Shown: piece after piece, positions 17,150-27,897 of the stretch
How positions within the stretch are numbered: position 1 is the stretch's first letter
How the letters are laid out: every line of letters begins with the position of its first letter
Source: Candidatus Levyibacteriota bacterium
GTDB taxonomy: Bacteria > Patescibacteriota > Microgenomatia > Levybacterales > UBA12049
Assembly: GCA_052034235.1 (NCBI GenBank)
Contig: JBPOIT010000005.1
Location: 113,698 to 177,697 of the forward strand
Length of the DNA: 64,000 bases
Direction: 5' to 3'
The notes under the pieces: generated by a model
Databases searched by the model: none
Seen by the model: only the letters and a program-made list of their open reading frames with translations
What the model was told of the DNA's origin: nothing
Made by a program: the position numbers and the translations under genes

Positions 17150-18122
17150 TTGTGTATGCCTTCTGTGAATCTAATGGTTTTTCGATTTGTTTATGCTCAA
17201 AGAGCCAATCTGTATATCGTTTCCACACGTCTGCTTTTTGAACACCCCATTTGGATGCATCCTCGATATATTTTTTGCTCACCCATATTTGTGATTGTTT
17301 CACTAAATCTTTGTTTAATTCGGGAGCATTTTTCAGAAGTATTTCAGCCGAAGCTTCAGGATTTTTTGCAGCATAGGTATAACCTTCGGCAGTTGCTTTT
17401 ATAAATTTACTAATTAATTCCTTGTCAGTAGTTATATGTTTTTCATTGGTGATTAAGACAGGGGTGTAATAATCAAGTATTGGACTCAAATCTTTAAGCA
17501 TAATAATATTGAGCTCCTTCCCCCGGCGTTGAGCCTCAATTCCATCCCATCCATAAAAGATCCATTGAAAATCACTATCCCTACCTATTGTCGTAAAGAA
17601 ATCAGTTGTACCAATCGTAATTTGTGTTACCTTTTTATAATCAGCTCCAGCATCAGACATAACAGACTCTATAACCGCCTTTTCAATCGGAGATCCCCAT
17701 CCACCATACCGTTTATTTTCAAAATCATTTACGGTTTCAATGCCAGATTCTTTAAGTGATGCAAAAGCTGAAGTGTTATGCTGCAAAATAGCCGCTAGAG
17801 AAACGAGAGGCACGCCTTGTGCTCTTGCTAATGTCACAGCTTCCTGACTACTGATGCCAATATCGACCTTACCGCTCGCGACAATTTTTCCGCTGTCACC
17901 CTCTCCAGGCTGAATAATTTCAACTTCAAGATTTTGTTTATCATAAAATCCTAAATCGCGAGCTACATAGAGTCCAGTATGATTTGTATTCGGAATCCAA
18001 TCCAAAAGCACTGTTACTTTTTGTTTTTGTGGTAGGGCTGTTTTTTTTGCGACACTATCAACAACAAAGTAAAGCGCTACACCAATAAGAATCATAAGAA
18101 GTAAGATCAAATGTTTTTTCAT
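17136..18122 (-). CDS. ABC substrate-binding protein, NMT1/THI5-like (ThiY-like; likely HMP/thiamine-precursor binding)
   Basis: Signal/TM N-terminus. VTVLLDWIPNTNHTGLYVARDLGFY is characteristic of the NMT1/THI5/ThiY family. Confidence 0.8.
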   Translation of the reverse strand: MKKHLILLLMILIGVALYFVVDSVAKKTALPQKQKVTVLLDWIPNTNHTGLYVARDLGFYDKQNLEVEIIQPGEGDSGKIVASGKVDIGISSQEAVTLARAQGVPLVSLAAILQHNTSAFASLKESGIETVNDFENKRYGGWGSPIEKAVIESVMSDAGADYKKVTQITIGTTDFFTTIGRDSDFQWIFYGWDGIEAQRRGKELNIIMLKDLSPILDYYTPVLITNEKHITTDKELISKFIKATAEGYTYAAKNPEASAEILLKNAPELNKDLVKQSQIWVSKKYIEDASKWGVQKADVWKRYTDWLFEHKQIEKPLDSQKAYTNEFL

Positions 18123-18898
18123 AAAGTTCCCTCTCTACCTGCATAAAACCACGGCACGAAACGTCTTGCAGATAGTTCAATAATTCCGACTATGACCAAA
18201 CTGAGTAGTGATATCACAACGATTGATGCAAATACCGCTTCGGTTTGGTACGATTTCGCTGATCGGAGTAGAAAAATCCCAAGCCCTTTTTCTGCCCCCA
18301 ACCATTCACTAACAACAGCTACACCGACGGCATACGCACCGGCAATTTTTAATCCCGAAAAGAAAGAAGGCATACTCGCTGGAAGTTTCACCAGACGAAA
18401 TGTCTGCAGTTTTCCAACTCGCATTGATTTCATAAGTTTTAATAAATTAACATCAACTGATCGAAAACCTTCATACATACTCATACTTATGGGGAAAAAG
18501 CATGCAAGGACAATCACGACTATTTTAGGCAAAACTCCGTATCCCAACCAGATGATAAGAAGCGGCGCTAAAACAATAAATGGAATTGTTTGTGAAACAA
18601 TCAGCAATGGTTTGAAAAGATTTCTGAAAAACGCTGACCATTCCATAAGTATTGCTAATGTAGCACCGACAAGGATGGCAATGAATAATCCTAGTAATGT
18701 TTCACTTATGGTTTGGATTGTATGTATATAAATTAGCTCGCGAGAGGTCCATAAGGAATTCGCGATGAGGCTTGGTGCTGGAAATAACCATTTTTCAATC
18801 GATAAAGCGCTGACTCCAATTTCCCATACTGCTAAAAACATAAGTAGCGCAATACTGGGTGTGATGATGGAAAGTAACAATGAAGATTTGACTTTCAT
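18119..18898 (-). CDS. ABC transporter permease (SsuC/TauC/ThiX-type, BPD_transp_1)
   Basis: Six TM helices. The EAA-like loop region (SMSMYEGFRSVDVNLLKLMKSM) fits binding-protein-dependent permeases. Confidence 0.8.
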   Translation of the reverse strand: MKVKSSLLLSIITPSIALLMFLAVWEIGVSALSIEKWLFPAPSLIANSLWTSRELIYIHTIQTISETLLGLFIAILVGATLAILMEWSAFFRNLFKPLLIVSQTIPFIVLAPLLIIWLGYGVLPKIVVIVLACFFPISMSMYEGFRSVDVNLLKLMKSMRVGKLQTFRLVKLPASMPSFFSGLKIAGAYAVGVAVVSEWLGAEKGLGIFLLRSAKSYQTEAVFASIVVISLLSLVIVGIIELSARRFVPWFYAGREGTL

Positions 18899-18900
18899 AT

Positions 18901-19203
18901 TTAAGATCTGTGCTTAGTGACTTTTTCTTCAATCGACATTACACCTTTTGGACTATATAAAATTTTTACATTTGAGAAAACACCAGCTGCTCCTTTTTTT
19001 ATACAAATATCCTGTGCTTTTCTAAGGATTCCAAAAAGTGTATCTAAATCTCCTTCCATTGTTGTTTCCATTGGTCCAACTTCATAACGCACACCTGATT
19101 TTTTTATAAGTGAGATTACTTCATCAATAATTGCTATTGTTTGTTTTTGAGACGGAGCATCAGGTAAAACTTGAAATGCGATAGTTGCAGTTGGTTTTTT
19201 CAT
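18901..19203 (-). CDS. YkoF/MTH1187-family thiamine/HMP-binding protein
   Basis: A 100-aa ferredoxin-like fold protein with the MTH1187/YkoF pattern (IAFQVLP...VISLIKKSGVRYEVGPMETTMEGDLDTLFGIL). First gene downstream of the TPP riboswitch. Confidence 0.6.
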   Translation of the reverse strand: MKKPTATIAFQVLPDAPSQKQTIAIIDEVISLIKKSGVRYEVGPMETTMEGDLDTLFGILRKAQDICIKKGAAGVFSNVKILYSPKGVMSIEEKVTKHRS

Positions 19204-19340
19204 AAAAAAAGCGATTTCCGGAGTATGGAAATCGCCAAAAAAATGCTTTTCCCTACGCCGGTATTATCCGATCAGGTTCAATGGGTCAATCACTTTAGTG
19301 ATACTCTCAGCCCGTCCCACGAGCCCCCCGTTATGATGTA
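19204..19340 (-). promoter_or_regulatory. TPP riboswitch (THI element) with terminator/RBS-sequestering expression platform
   Basis: Reverse complement reads GGGGCTCGTGGGACGGGCTGAGAGTATCACTAAAGTGATTGACCCATTGAACCTGATCGGATAATACCGGCGTAGGGAAAAGCAT, containing the conserved CUGAGA, ACCUGAUC and GGAUAAUACC...GCGUAGGGA cores. It is followed by GGCGATTTCC-atactcc-GGAAATCGC plus T7 directly abutting the ATG of the ykoF-like gene. Confidence 0.9.
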
Positions 19341-19375
19341 TACTATACGCACTAAACTCATATCTGTCAATAACT

Positions 19376-20014
19376 ATGAAACGAGCGATTATTTTTTATA
19401 ACGGAGATAAAGCTGATCTTACCTCTGCCAAAAGATACATTAATAACAGTGATTATATTATTTGCGCTGACGGCGGAACTGAACTTGCTCTAAAACTTGG
19501 TTTGACTCCTCACACAATCATCGGCGATTTTGATTCTTTATCAAAAGAGACACGAAAAAACTTAGTGGAAAAACAGATAGATTGGGTTACCTTTCCCAAA
19601 GAGAAAGATGAAACAGATTCAGAACTCGCCCTTTCCTATGCAATAAAAAAAGGTTACACAAATCTTCTTATTTTTGGACTTTTTGGTACACGTTTGGATC
19701 ATATGCTCACCAATATATTTGCACTTTCTTATCTTGAAGAAAAAGGTATCACTGTTATGTTTGTAGAAGGAGCTCAAGAAATACAAGTTACAAGAAGCAC
19801 AATAAACATAAAAGGAAACATCGGAGATCTCGTATCTCTCATCCCGTTACAAAGTGACATAAAGAATGTTAAAACAACAAATCTCGCTTATAAACTTCTG
19901 AAAGAAAATTTACATTTTGGTTTCTCCAGGGGAATTAGTAATGTTATGACAGCAAAAGAAGCTACCGTCTCGATATCTGATGGATTGCTCTTGGTAATTC
20001 ATACCAAACTTTAA
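19376..20014 (+). CDS. thiamine pyrophosphokinase
   Basis: N-terminal catalytic domain with ICADGGTELALKLGLTPHTIIGDFDS (GDxDS motif) and a C-terminal thiamin-binding domain. Divergent from the riboswitch-controlled uptake operon. Confidence 0.8.
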   Translation: MKRAIIFYNGDKADLTSAKRYINNSDYIICADGGTELALKLGLTPHTIIGDFDSLSKETRKNLVEKQIDWVTFPKEKDETDSELALSYAIKKGYTNLLIFGLFGTRLDHMLTNIFALSYLEEKGITVMFVEGAQEIQVTRSTINIKGNIGDLVSLIPLQSDIKNVKTTNLAYKLLKENLHFGFSRGISNVMTAKEATVSISDGLLLVIHTKL

Positions 20015-20274
20015 ACTTCATAGCCGCCGGATGGTGGTTCGTTTGAAGAGTGCATTTCACCATAAATTTCATTACTATCTTCAATTGGTCCGTCGTCATA
20101 TTTTGTTTCTTTATCATCTTCTCCGGTTTCGATAAGATGTTTTTTAATTGCGTTATATAATGTTTGTGAAGCAATTTCTTTATTGTCGTTGTATGTATAA
20201 AAAACATACGAGCAGTGGGAACACGATTGTGAGTAGTACATATATGTATTATACACCCTTTGATTTATTGACAT
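20011..20274 (-). CDS. small acidic hypothetical protein
   Basis: 87-aa ORF with a CSHC pair and an Asp/Glu-rich C-terminus. No family recognised. Confidence 0.35.
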   Translation of the reverse strand: MSINQRVYNTYMYYSQSCSHCSYVFYTYNDNKEIASQTLYNAIKKHLIETGEDDKETKYDDGPIEDSNEIYGEMHSSNEPPSGGYEV

Positions 20275-21932
20275 GCTCTAAATGTTTTTCACGTTCTTCT
20301 TCAAAACCTTTTCGATCAAGACCATGACGTGAAATCATCTGTGAAGCATAACGTGCACCCAGATAGTGAGGCATCACAACATACGTTGCTCCTAATTCAT
20401 AAAGTGCCTTGGCATGATCTATTTCTCCACTGCGGACAATGATAATTGCACGTTCGTTGATTTCGCGGATTTTTTTAACGAGTAATGCATTTGCTTTAAA
20501 TGAAGGTATTGTCGACACACACATCTTAATCGTTTGTAAATTAAGCTCTTGCAAGAATTCAACATCTTCAGCATCTCCATATTTAAACGGTACATTATTC
20601 GTCAGCATTTCCTTAATAAGTGTTGGGTTTAAATCGATAACGACATAATTACTGCCGATTTTTGAAAATGCATGGATAAAATCATGCCCTACTTTGTCAT
20701 ATCCAAAGAGAACAAGTTCAGGATGCGGAGAATTATCATGCGCTTCATGGCTATTTTGCTTCAATCTTATTTTTTTAAGAAAAGGTTTGAAAAAATCATA
20801 TAATTTATCAGACGAAAGCATCATGTAAGATGACCCCGCAATCGTTACCAAACCGACGAGTGTAATAAGAGACGTTACCTCCTCAGAAAGATGACCAGCG
20901 GTCAACCCAAGCCCAGCAAGAATGAGAGAAAATTCACTGACTTGCGCGAGATTAATACCTGTTTCAAACGCTGTCCTTGTTTTATAGCCTAATACATTCA
21001 TCAGATAAAAAACGATAAGTGGTTTTACGATAAGAACAAAGAGTGAGAGTACAATTGCTGGAATAAGGATGAGTTGAATTGTCCCAAGTACCATTTCGCT
21101 TCCGAGAAGAATAAAAAACAGAATAATAAAAAAATCACGCAGTGGTTTGAGTCGAGAGGCAATACTATCTGCAAATGGTGTTAGTGCAAGTGTCACACCT
21201 GCCATGAGTGCCCCAACTTCGACAGATAAACCAAGCAGGTAAAAACTGCTTGCAAGTGCTAACCCCCAACTTATTGAGAAAAGGAATAGAAGCTCTTGTG
21301 ATTCAGCCAAATATTGGACGACTTTGTTTAAAACAAATCTGCTGATTAAAAAGAGACCAAGGAACATAACAAGCATTTTAAGAATGAGCATTGTAACCAC
21401 ACTGGCAAAACCTGTCTCTGCACCAGCAGCACTAAATGAGGAAACAACGATAAGAAGAAAAATGGCTACCAAATCTTGAATTAAAAGTAGGCCAACTGAG
21501 ACTTTACCATGCAGTTTGTGCAACTCACCCTTATCTGAGAGGATTTTAAGTATAATAATCGTACTACTGAATGCAAGAGCAATGCCTACGTAAAGTGCTT
21601 CAAGTTCTGAGATGCCTAATAGTTTGGCTGCGATGAATCCGTAAAATGCCGTGAGTGCAATTTGACCGAGTCCTCCAATAAAAGAAACTTTTCCAACTTC
21701 CTTAATAACATTCGGGCTTAAATTAAGTCCAACGATAAACAATAAAATAGTGATTCCAATTTCGGAGAATAATTCTATGTATTCTGGCCTATGGAGCAAA
21801 TCAAAGAATTGAGGCCCAATCAAAATTCCGGTTACAATATAACCAACGACAAGCGGCTGTTTCAGAAGCCTCATCATAACTGATATAACAGCAGCAATTG
21901 TGACAATGTAAGAAAACTCTAGAAAAACTTCC

Positions 21933-23644
<1,712 letters not shown>

Positions 23645-23661
23645 CCCTGCCTCCTATTGGC

Positions 23662-24174
23662 ATGTCAAAAGAACTATCAAGACGAAGCTTATTAGAAGCA
23701 TCCGTTTCAGTCGGTGCAGTTCTTTTTCTTTCCAGCTGTACACAACAAAGACCATTACTCGAAGAACGAGACCTTCGACCAATAAAAACAGAGGAAGTAA
23801 AGACATACCTCACTCCTATTCAAAAACAATTGAGAGATGCAGAATTTGGTTTAAAACTTGACCGTGAGCCTACCAATTTTGGAACTATAAAAACCTATTA
23901 CGCTACAAAAAATGAATCTACAATTAAAATTGTTCCTTTGCATGACGCTATAGACACAATGATATTTATATCGACAGTAAAAGACGAGACAACTGAGGTT
24001 TCATATAAGGACACTGGCAAATCATGGCTGATTTACAAACGAGTATCAAAGAAAGATGGAAAAGCATCGACAGAGATATTTACAACTGGTGAATATGCTC
24101 CATTACAAGCACATGTTTATGGCGATTTAAAACATCATTGCAGTGAGGTATTGAAGAATTTTATTACGCTCTAA
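23662..24174 (+). CDS. hypothetical lipoprotein (Tat-like RRSLL signal + LSSC lipobox)
   Basis: MSKELSRRSLLEASVSVGAVLFLSSCTQ. Confidence 0.55.
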   Translation: MSKELSRRSLLEASVSVGAVLFLSSCTQQRPLLEERDLRPIKTEEVKTYLTPIQKQLRDAEFGLKLDREPTNFGTIKTYYATKNESTIKIVPLHDAIDTMIFISTVKDETTEVSYKDTGKSWLIYKRVSKKDGKASTEIFTTGEYAPLQAHVYGDLKHHCSEVLKNFITL

Positions 24175-24523
24175 AAGCATTGCTTGTCTGAGAATTTTTA
24201 ACCGCACCTGCTCTAGCTCTTTGAAGAGTCCGTCTATTGTTACTATATATTGCTTCGCGATCTTCTTCTGTTAATCCTCCCCAAATTCCATAAGGCTCTC
24301 GTGCATACAATGCATATTCTCGACACTTCTCTATAACAGGACACTGAGCACAAATTCCTTTGGCAACTCGTGCTCTTTCTCTTCTTGCAAAACCTCGTTC
24401 TCCTTCAGGATGGTAAAACTGTTCTGGATCATACCGACGACAAGCTCCATTTATTTGCCATTCCCAATTTTCTTCTATTGGTGCAGGCATATTTGACATC
24501 TCTGGATTTCTTCTACTAGGCAT
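24164..24523 (-). CDS. WhiB-like (Wbl) [4Fe-4S] transcription factor
   Basis: Cys-X23-Cys-X2-Cys-X5-Cys (CRRYD...CAQCPVIEKC), the GIWGG turn, and a basic C-terminal tail. Confidence 0.75.
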   Translation of the reverse strand: MPSRRNPEMSNMPAPIEENWEWQINGACRRYDPEQFYHPEGERGFARRERARVAKGICAQCPVIEKCREYALYAREPYGIWGGLTEEDREAIYSNNRRTLQRARAGAVKNSQTSNAFRA

Positions 24524-24595
24524 AATTTGAAATTATACCATAAAAGCATAATTCCCCTTGCCATTCGTTGCTCTACCTATTACAATTGACTCGAA

Positions 24596-25594
24596 ATGAT
24601 TAAGTTGAAAAGACAATCCAAAATGCACAACAAGAACTATTTTTTGCGAGGAAATCAATTTTCTTTTTCCCATCTCTCTTCTTTCCGCATATTTATGGGA
24701 TTTCTCCTAACCATCGTTTTCTCATTTGTAACACCTCTTCCCGCACTTACCATCACCCAAAATGCAGTTGATGCAACTTCAGAAGCTGAAGTGCAATTTT
24801 TCACACCTTCACTCTTCCCTACACCAACTTCAACAAACCAATCAACCCTGCCGCTTGACCCGTTAGAACTGCTTCACCAAACACCAACACCAGCGGCTAC
24901 GAAGTCTACTGAGGAGCCTGCGGCTGATTATTGTATGGAAGTACCTGTTTTGATGTATCATCACATCCAACCCCTTCAGGTAGCTTCACTGCTTGGACAC
25001 GCACCTCTTACCGTTGATAGTACCATTTTTGAAAACCAAATGATTTATCTCAACGATCATGGTTACACGGCACTTTCTGCTGATGATTTAGTAAATGCAC
25101 TTAAACACAAACAACAACTTCCCGAAAAACCTGTCATGATTACCATAGACGACGGTTATGACGATAATTACACCTACGCCTATATGACAGCAAAGAAACA
25201 GCACATGATTATGAATTTTATGATTCCGACACAACTGATCGGCAAACCAGGCTATATGAATTGGGATCACTTAAGAGAAATGCACGAAAATGAATATGCA
25301 AGGATATACAATCATACGGCAACACATGCTCCGCTTGGATATATTCTAAAAAATCAAATCCATCAAGAACTTGCCACTTCAAAAGATGATTTTAAAAGAG
25401 AGTTAAACTATATGACCGACATTTTCACCTATCCATATGGTTCATATACCCCTATCGCAATTGACGTTCTGAAAGAAGACGACTTTAATGCTGCATTTAC
25501 AACAGAAGACGGGCAAACCCATTGTCTTTCAAATATAATGCAGCTCCCAAGAAAACGAATAGGCAATGCCCCAATGAGCAGTTACGGCTACTAA
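24596..25594 (+). CDS. polysaccharide deacetylase (NodB/CE4 family), membrane-anchored or secreted
   Basis: MITIDDGYDD (TFDDG motif 1), HTATH (motif 2), N-terminal hydrophobic segment. Confidence 0.7.
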   Translation: MIKLKRQSKMHNKNYFLRGNQFSFSHLSSFRIFMGFLLTIVFSFVTPLPALTITQNAVDATSEAEVQFFTPSLFPTPTSTNQSTLPLDPLELLHQTPTPAATKSTEEPAADYCMEVPVLMYHHIQPLQVASLLGHAPLTVDSTIFENQMIYLNDHGYTALSADDLVNALKHKQQLPEKPVMITIDDGYDDNYTYAYMTAKKQHMIMNFMIPTQLIGKPGYMNWDHLREMHENEYARIYNHTATHAPLGYILKNQIHQELATSKDDFKRELNYMTDIFTYPYGSYTPIAIDVLKEDDFNAAFTTEDGQTHCLSNIMQLPRKRIGNAPMSSYGY

Positions 25595-26844
25595 GTGTGA
25601 AATGCTAAGTCTTTGACTCCTCCAAAGGCGATTCTGTCTAAAATAAGATCATCCATATCCATCATGATTCCCGGTACGACAGTGAATTCTCCGTATTTAT
25701 CGTTTAATTTATCAGCAGCATCTGCAACTTTTCTGGCTTTGTGAAAGTCTTCCTCAAAAAGATGCATTTGACGGGAATCAAAAGGTGAAAGTCGATAACA
25801 AGAAATGCCAATTTGGGAAACTTTTTTATATTCAGGCTGCATGCTAAAAATAATTTTGGCGTGATCATACAGTTCTTTGGTTGTATACATATCTCGCTCC
25901 ATCAGCCGCCCTCTGTGCCAGCCTGTATGATCTTTGTAGCCAAACCACATATGGATTCCCCTTGCAGTAAAACCTTTGTTTCTGAGTCTTCTGCCCATTT
26001 TTTCGCACAATTTCATGATGAGCCGTGATAGTTCAGTATGATCATCTGTTGCAAATTTGATGGCATATTGCTGACCGATAGATTTAATTCCAAAATCCTT
26101 TTGATCAGCTTCAAATCCTCGCAATTTATCAAACCATCTTCCGCCGATAACGCTTCTAAAAATTTGTTTTTCAAGTTTTTCGCGTGTTGCCTTAAAAAAA
26201 TCTAATGGGGTATAAATACCATTCATATTAAGTCTTAATTGGTAACGAACGTTTATGCCGCAAAAATCTAAGAGTTCTGCCTTTTGATACGTATCTAAAA
26301 GATTGGTGTGATCTATGTAAGTTAACCCGTCCGGTTTATGCAGTGACGCTCCCAGTTTTGCAAGAAACATATTGGTTCCGATGCCAATGCTGCAAAAAAT
26401 CCATTCTCCTATTTCCTGTTTCATCCGCTCCTTAATTTCCTTGGCAACACTAATTAAATCCGTATGCAGATTGGCAACGGGATGAAAATCGATAATTGCC
26501 TCATCAATTGATTTTGGAGTTACATCTGGTGAATAATCCATGAAGATTTTTTTAAATTTCTGATGAACGTCACGATACAAAGAAGGATCAGGTGTTCTCA
26601 CTACGATATTTGGATAAATCATCAGAGCATCACTCACACGCATCCCCATCTTTATACCAATCCGTTTGGCTTCAATTGACGGTGCGAGAATAAATGCATT
26701 AGGAGTACCATATGCAGCAACGACAATTGGTTTGCCTCGAAGAAGTGGATTGACCTGCTGCTCAATAGTGGCAAAACAAGAATTCAAATCAATATGCATC
26801 AGCAGAGGTTTGTGACGATTTAGTAATGAGGCATTCATAATCAA
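25591..26844 (-). CDS. Y-family DNA polymerase (DinB/UmuC-like), catalytic residues present
   Basis: MHIDLNSCFATIEQ (first catalytic Asp present) and SIDEAIIDF (Asp-Glu pair). Overlaps the upstream small gene by 4 nt, suggesting translational coupling. Confidence 0.8.
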   Translation of the reverse strand: MIMNASLLNRHKPLLMHIDLNSCFATIEQQVNPLLRGKPIVVAAYGTPNAFILAPSIEAKRIGIKMGMRVSDALMIYPNIVVRTPDPSLYRDVHQKFKKIFMDYSPDVTPKSIDEAIIDFHPVANLHTDLISVAKEIKERMKQEIGEWIFCSIGIGTNMFLAKLGASLHKPDGLTYIDHTNLLDTYQKAELLDFCGINVRYQLRLNMNGIYTPLDFFKATREKLEKQIFRSVIGGRWFDKLRGFEADQKDFGIKSIGQQYAIKFATDDHTELSRLIMKLCEKMGRRLRNKGFTARGIHMWFGYKDHTGWHRGRLMERDMYTTKELYDHAKIIFSMQPEYKKVSQIGISCYRLSPFDSRQMHLFEEDFHKARKVADAADKLNDKYGEFTVVPGIMMDMDDLILDRIAFGGVKDLAFHT

Positions 26845-27182
26845 TTTCCATCCGATATCTCTTCAAGTATCCAATGTAGTGTATCTGGGTCGTGGCGGAG
26901 ACGAAAATTTAAGGTACCTGTGCAAACATGAAAGATATGAAAGACTGTACGCCCCTCACGAACTTTGTGATGAAACCCGACTTTCTTCGTGAGATAATCC
27001 CGACCGTTCCATCTAATTTTATATGGAGTGACTTCCCCTCCAAGCTTTCTGTAGATTGTAATAACATCGACTTTTTCATTAATTTTTTGGTTCATACAGA
27101 GCAACTTTCCTCTGCGGCAGTACGTTTTTAATCGCTTGAGACCTAAGATATGAGAAGCTAGATCTATGAGAGGCAGCGTCAC
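26841..27182 (-). CDS. 113-aa accessory protein co-transcribed with the Y-family polymerase (possible YolD/UmuD-functional analogue)
   Basis: Position and 4-nt overlap mimic the umuD-umuC and yolD-uvrX arrangement. No S24 peptidase motif, only weak YolD-like resemblance (YKIRWNGRDYLT). Confidence 0.35.
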   Translation of the reverse strand: MTLPLIDLASHILGLKRLKTYCRRGKLLCMNQKINEKVDVITIYRKLGGEVTPYKIRWNGRDYLTKKVGFHHKVREGRTVFHIFHVCTGTLNFRLRHDPDTLHWILEEISDGN

Positions 27183-27213
27183 GGTCTAACTCCCCCTATT
27201 TCAGGACTCAAAT

Positions 27214-27831
27214 TTAGTGGTATTTACGTATCACACTTATCACCACTCCCCCTATTTCCAAACTTTGTTTTGGGCGGATAATAGGGTAATGCTTGTTTGC
27301 AGGAACAAGCTCTACTTCTCCGTTGCGTTTGAAATAATATTTAACAGTCCATTCGTTATCAACGATAGCGGCAACGATATCTCCATTGATCGGCGATCTG
27401 TTAGGATCAACGATAATTTTATCTCCCTCACCAATGAGCGCATCAACCATAGAATCACCAGAAACTGTGAGGAAATAAATTTCTCCCTGCACATCATAGA
27501 GATAACGAAAAAGATCGATATTATCATGATGAGCTTCAAATGCAGGCATTGGATAACCTGCTTTAATTGTCCCCAAATGGGGAATCGCAAAAAGATTCTT
27601 GGGGAGGAGTTTACCCTTGTCCCCTTTCTCCAAAAATCCTGCTTCAACAAGTTTGTTGACGATTTTAAAACTGGCATTTTTCGAAGCAACTCCAAACAAG
27701 GTATTCATCTCTTCATAGGTAGGAAGACGTTTTTCAAGTCTATAGAAGTTTCGAATTTTTTTAATAGCAAAGTCTAAAGTCATCGTCATAGTGGTGAACA
27801 AATGTTTACTAAAATTAGTATAAGTGAACAC
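27214..27831 (-). CDS. lexA: LexA repressor (S24 peptidase, wHTH)
   Basis: C-terminal VSGDSM (Ser) and WTVKYY (Lys) dyad. N-terminal wHTH. The likely true start is MTLDF/MTMTLDF (27784 or 27790), because the 5' end of the listed ORF covers the operator boxes. Confidence 0.85.
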   Translation of the reverse strand: MFTYTNFSKHLFTTMTMTLDFAIKKIRNFYRLEKRLPTYEEMNTLFGVASKNASFKIVNKLVEAGFLEKGDKGKLLPKNLFAIPHLGTIKAGYPMPAFEAHHDNIDLFRYLYDVQGEIYFLTVSGDSMVDALIGEGDKIIVDPNRSPINGDIVAAIVDNEWTVKYYFKRNGEVELVPANKHYPIIRPKQSLEIGGVVISVIRKYH

Positions 27832-27839
27832 CTGTTCAC
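27794..27839 (-). promoter_or_regulatory. two LexA (Cheo-like) boxes GTGAAC-N4-GTT(T/C)AC
   Basis: GTGAACAAATGTTTAC (27794..27809) and the perfect palindrome GTGAACACCTGTTCAC (27824..27839) sit immediately upstream of the probable lexA start. Core GAAC-N4-GTTC as in Gram-positive SOS boxes. Confidence 0.65.
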
Positions 27840-27897
27840 TGTCAAGTACCTGAGGTTTATTCTTACAACTTTTTTACATTTATATGGGGAACGCTCT

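Noticed and set aside
25591-26844. Possibility that the polymerase is a catalytically dead ImuB-type protein
   Set aside because: The first catalytic Asp (HIDLN) and the SIDEA Asp-Glu pair are present, so it is more likely an active DinB/UmuC-type enzyme.
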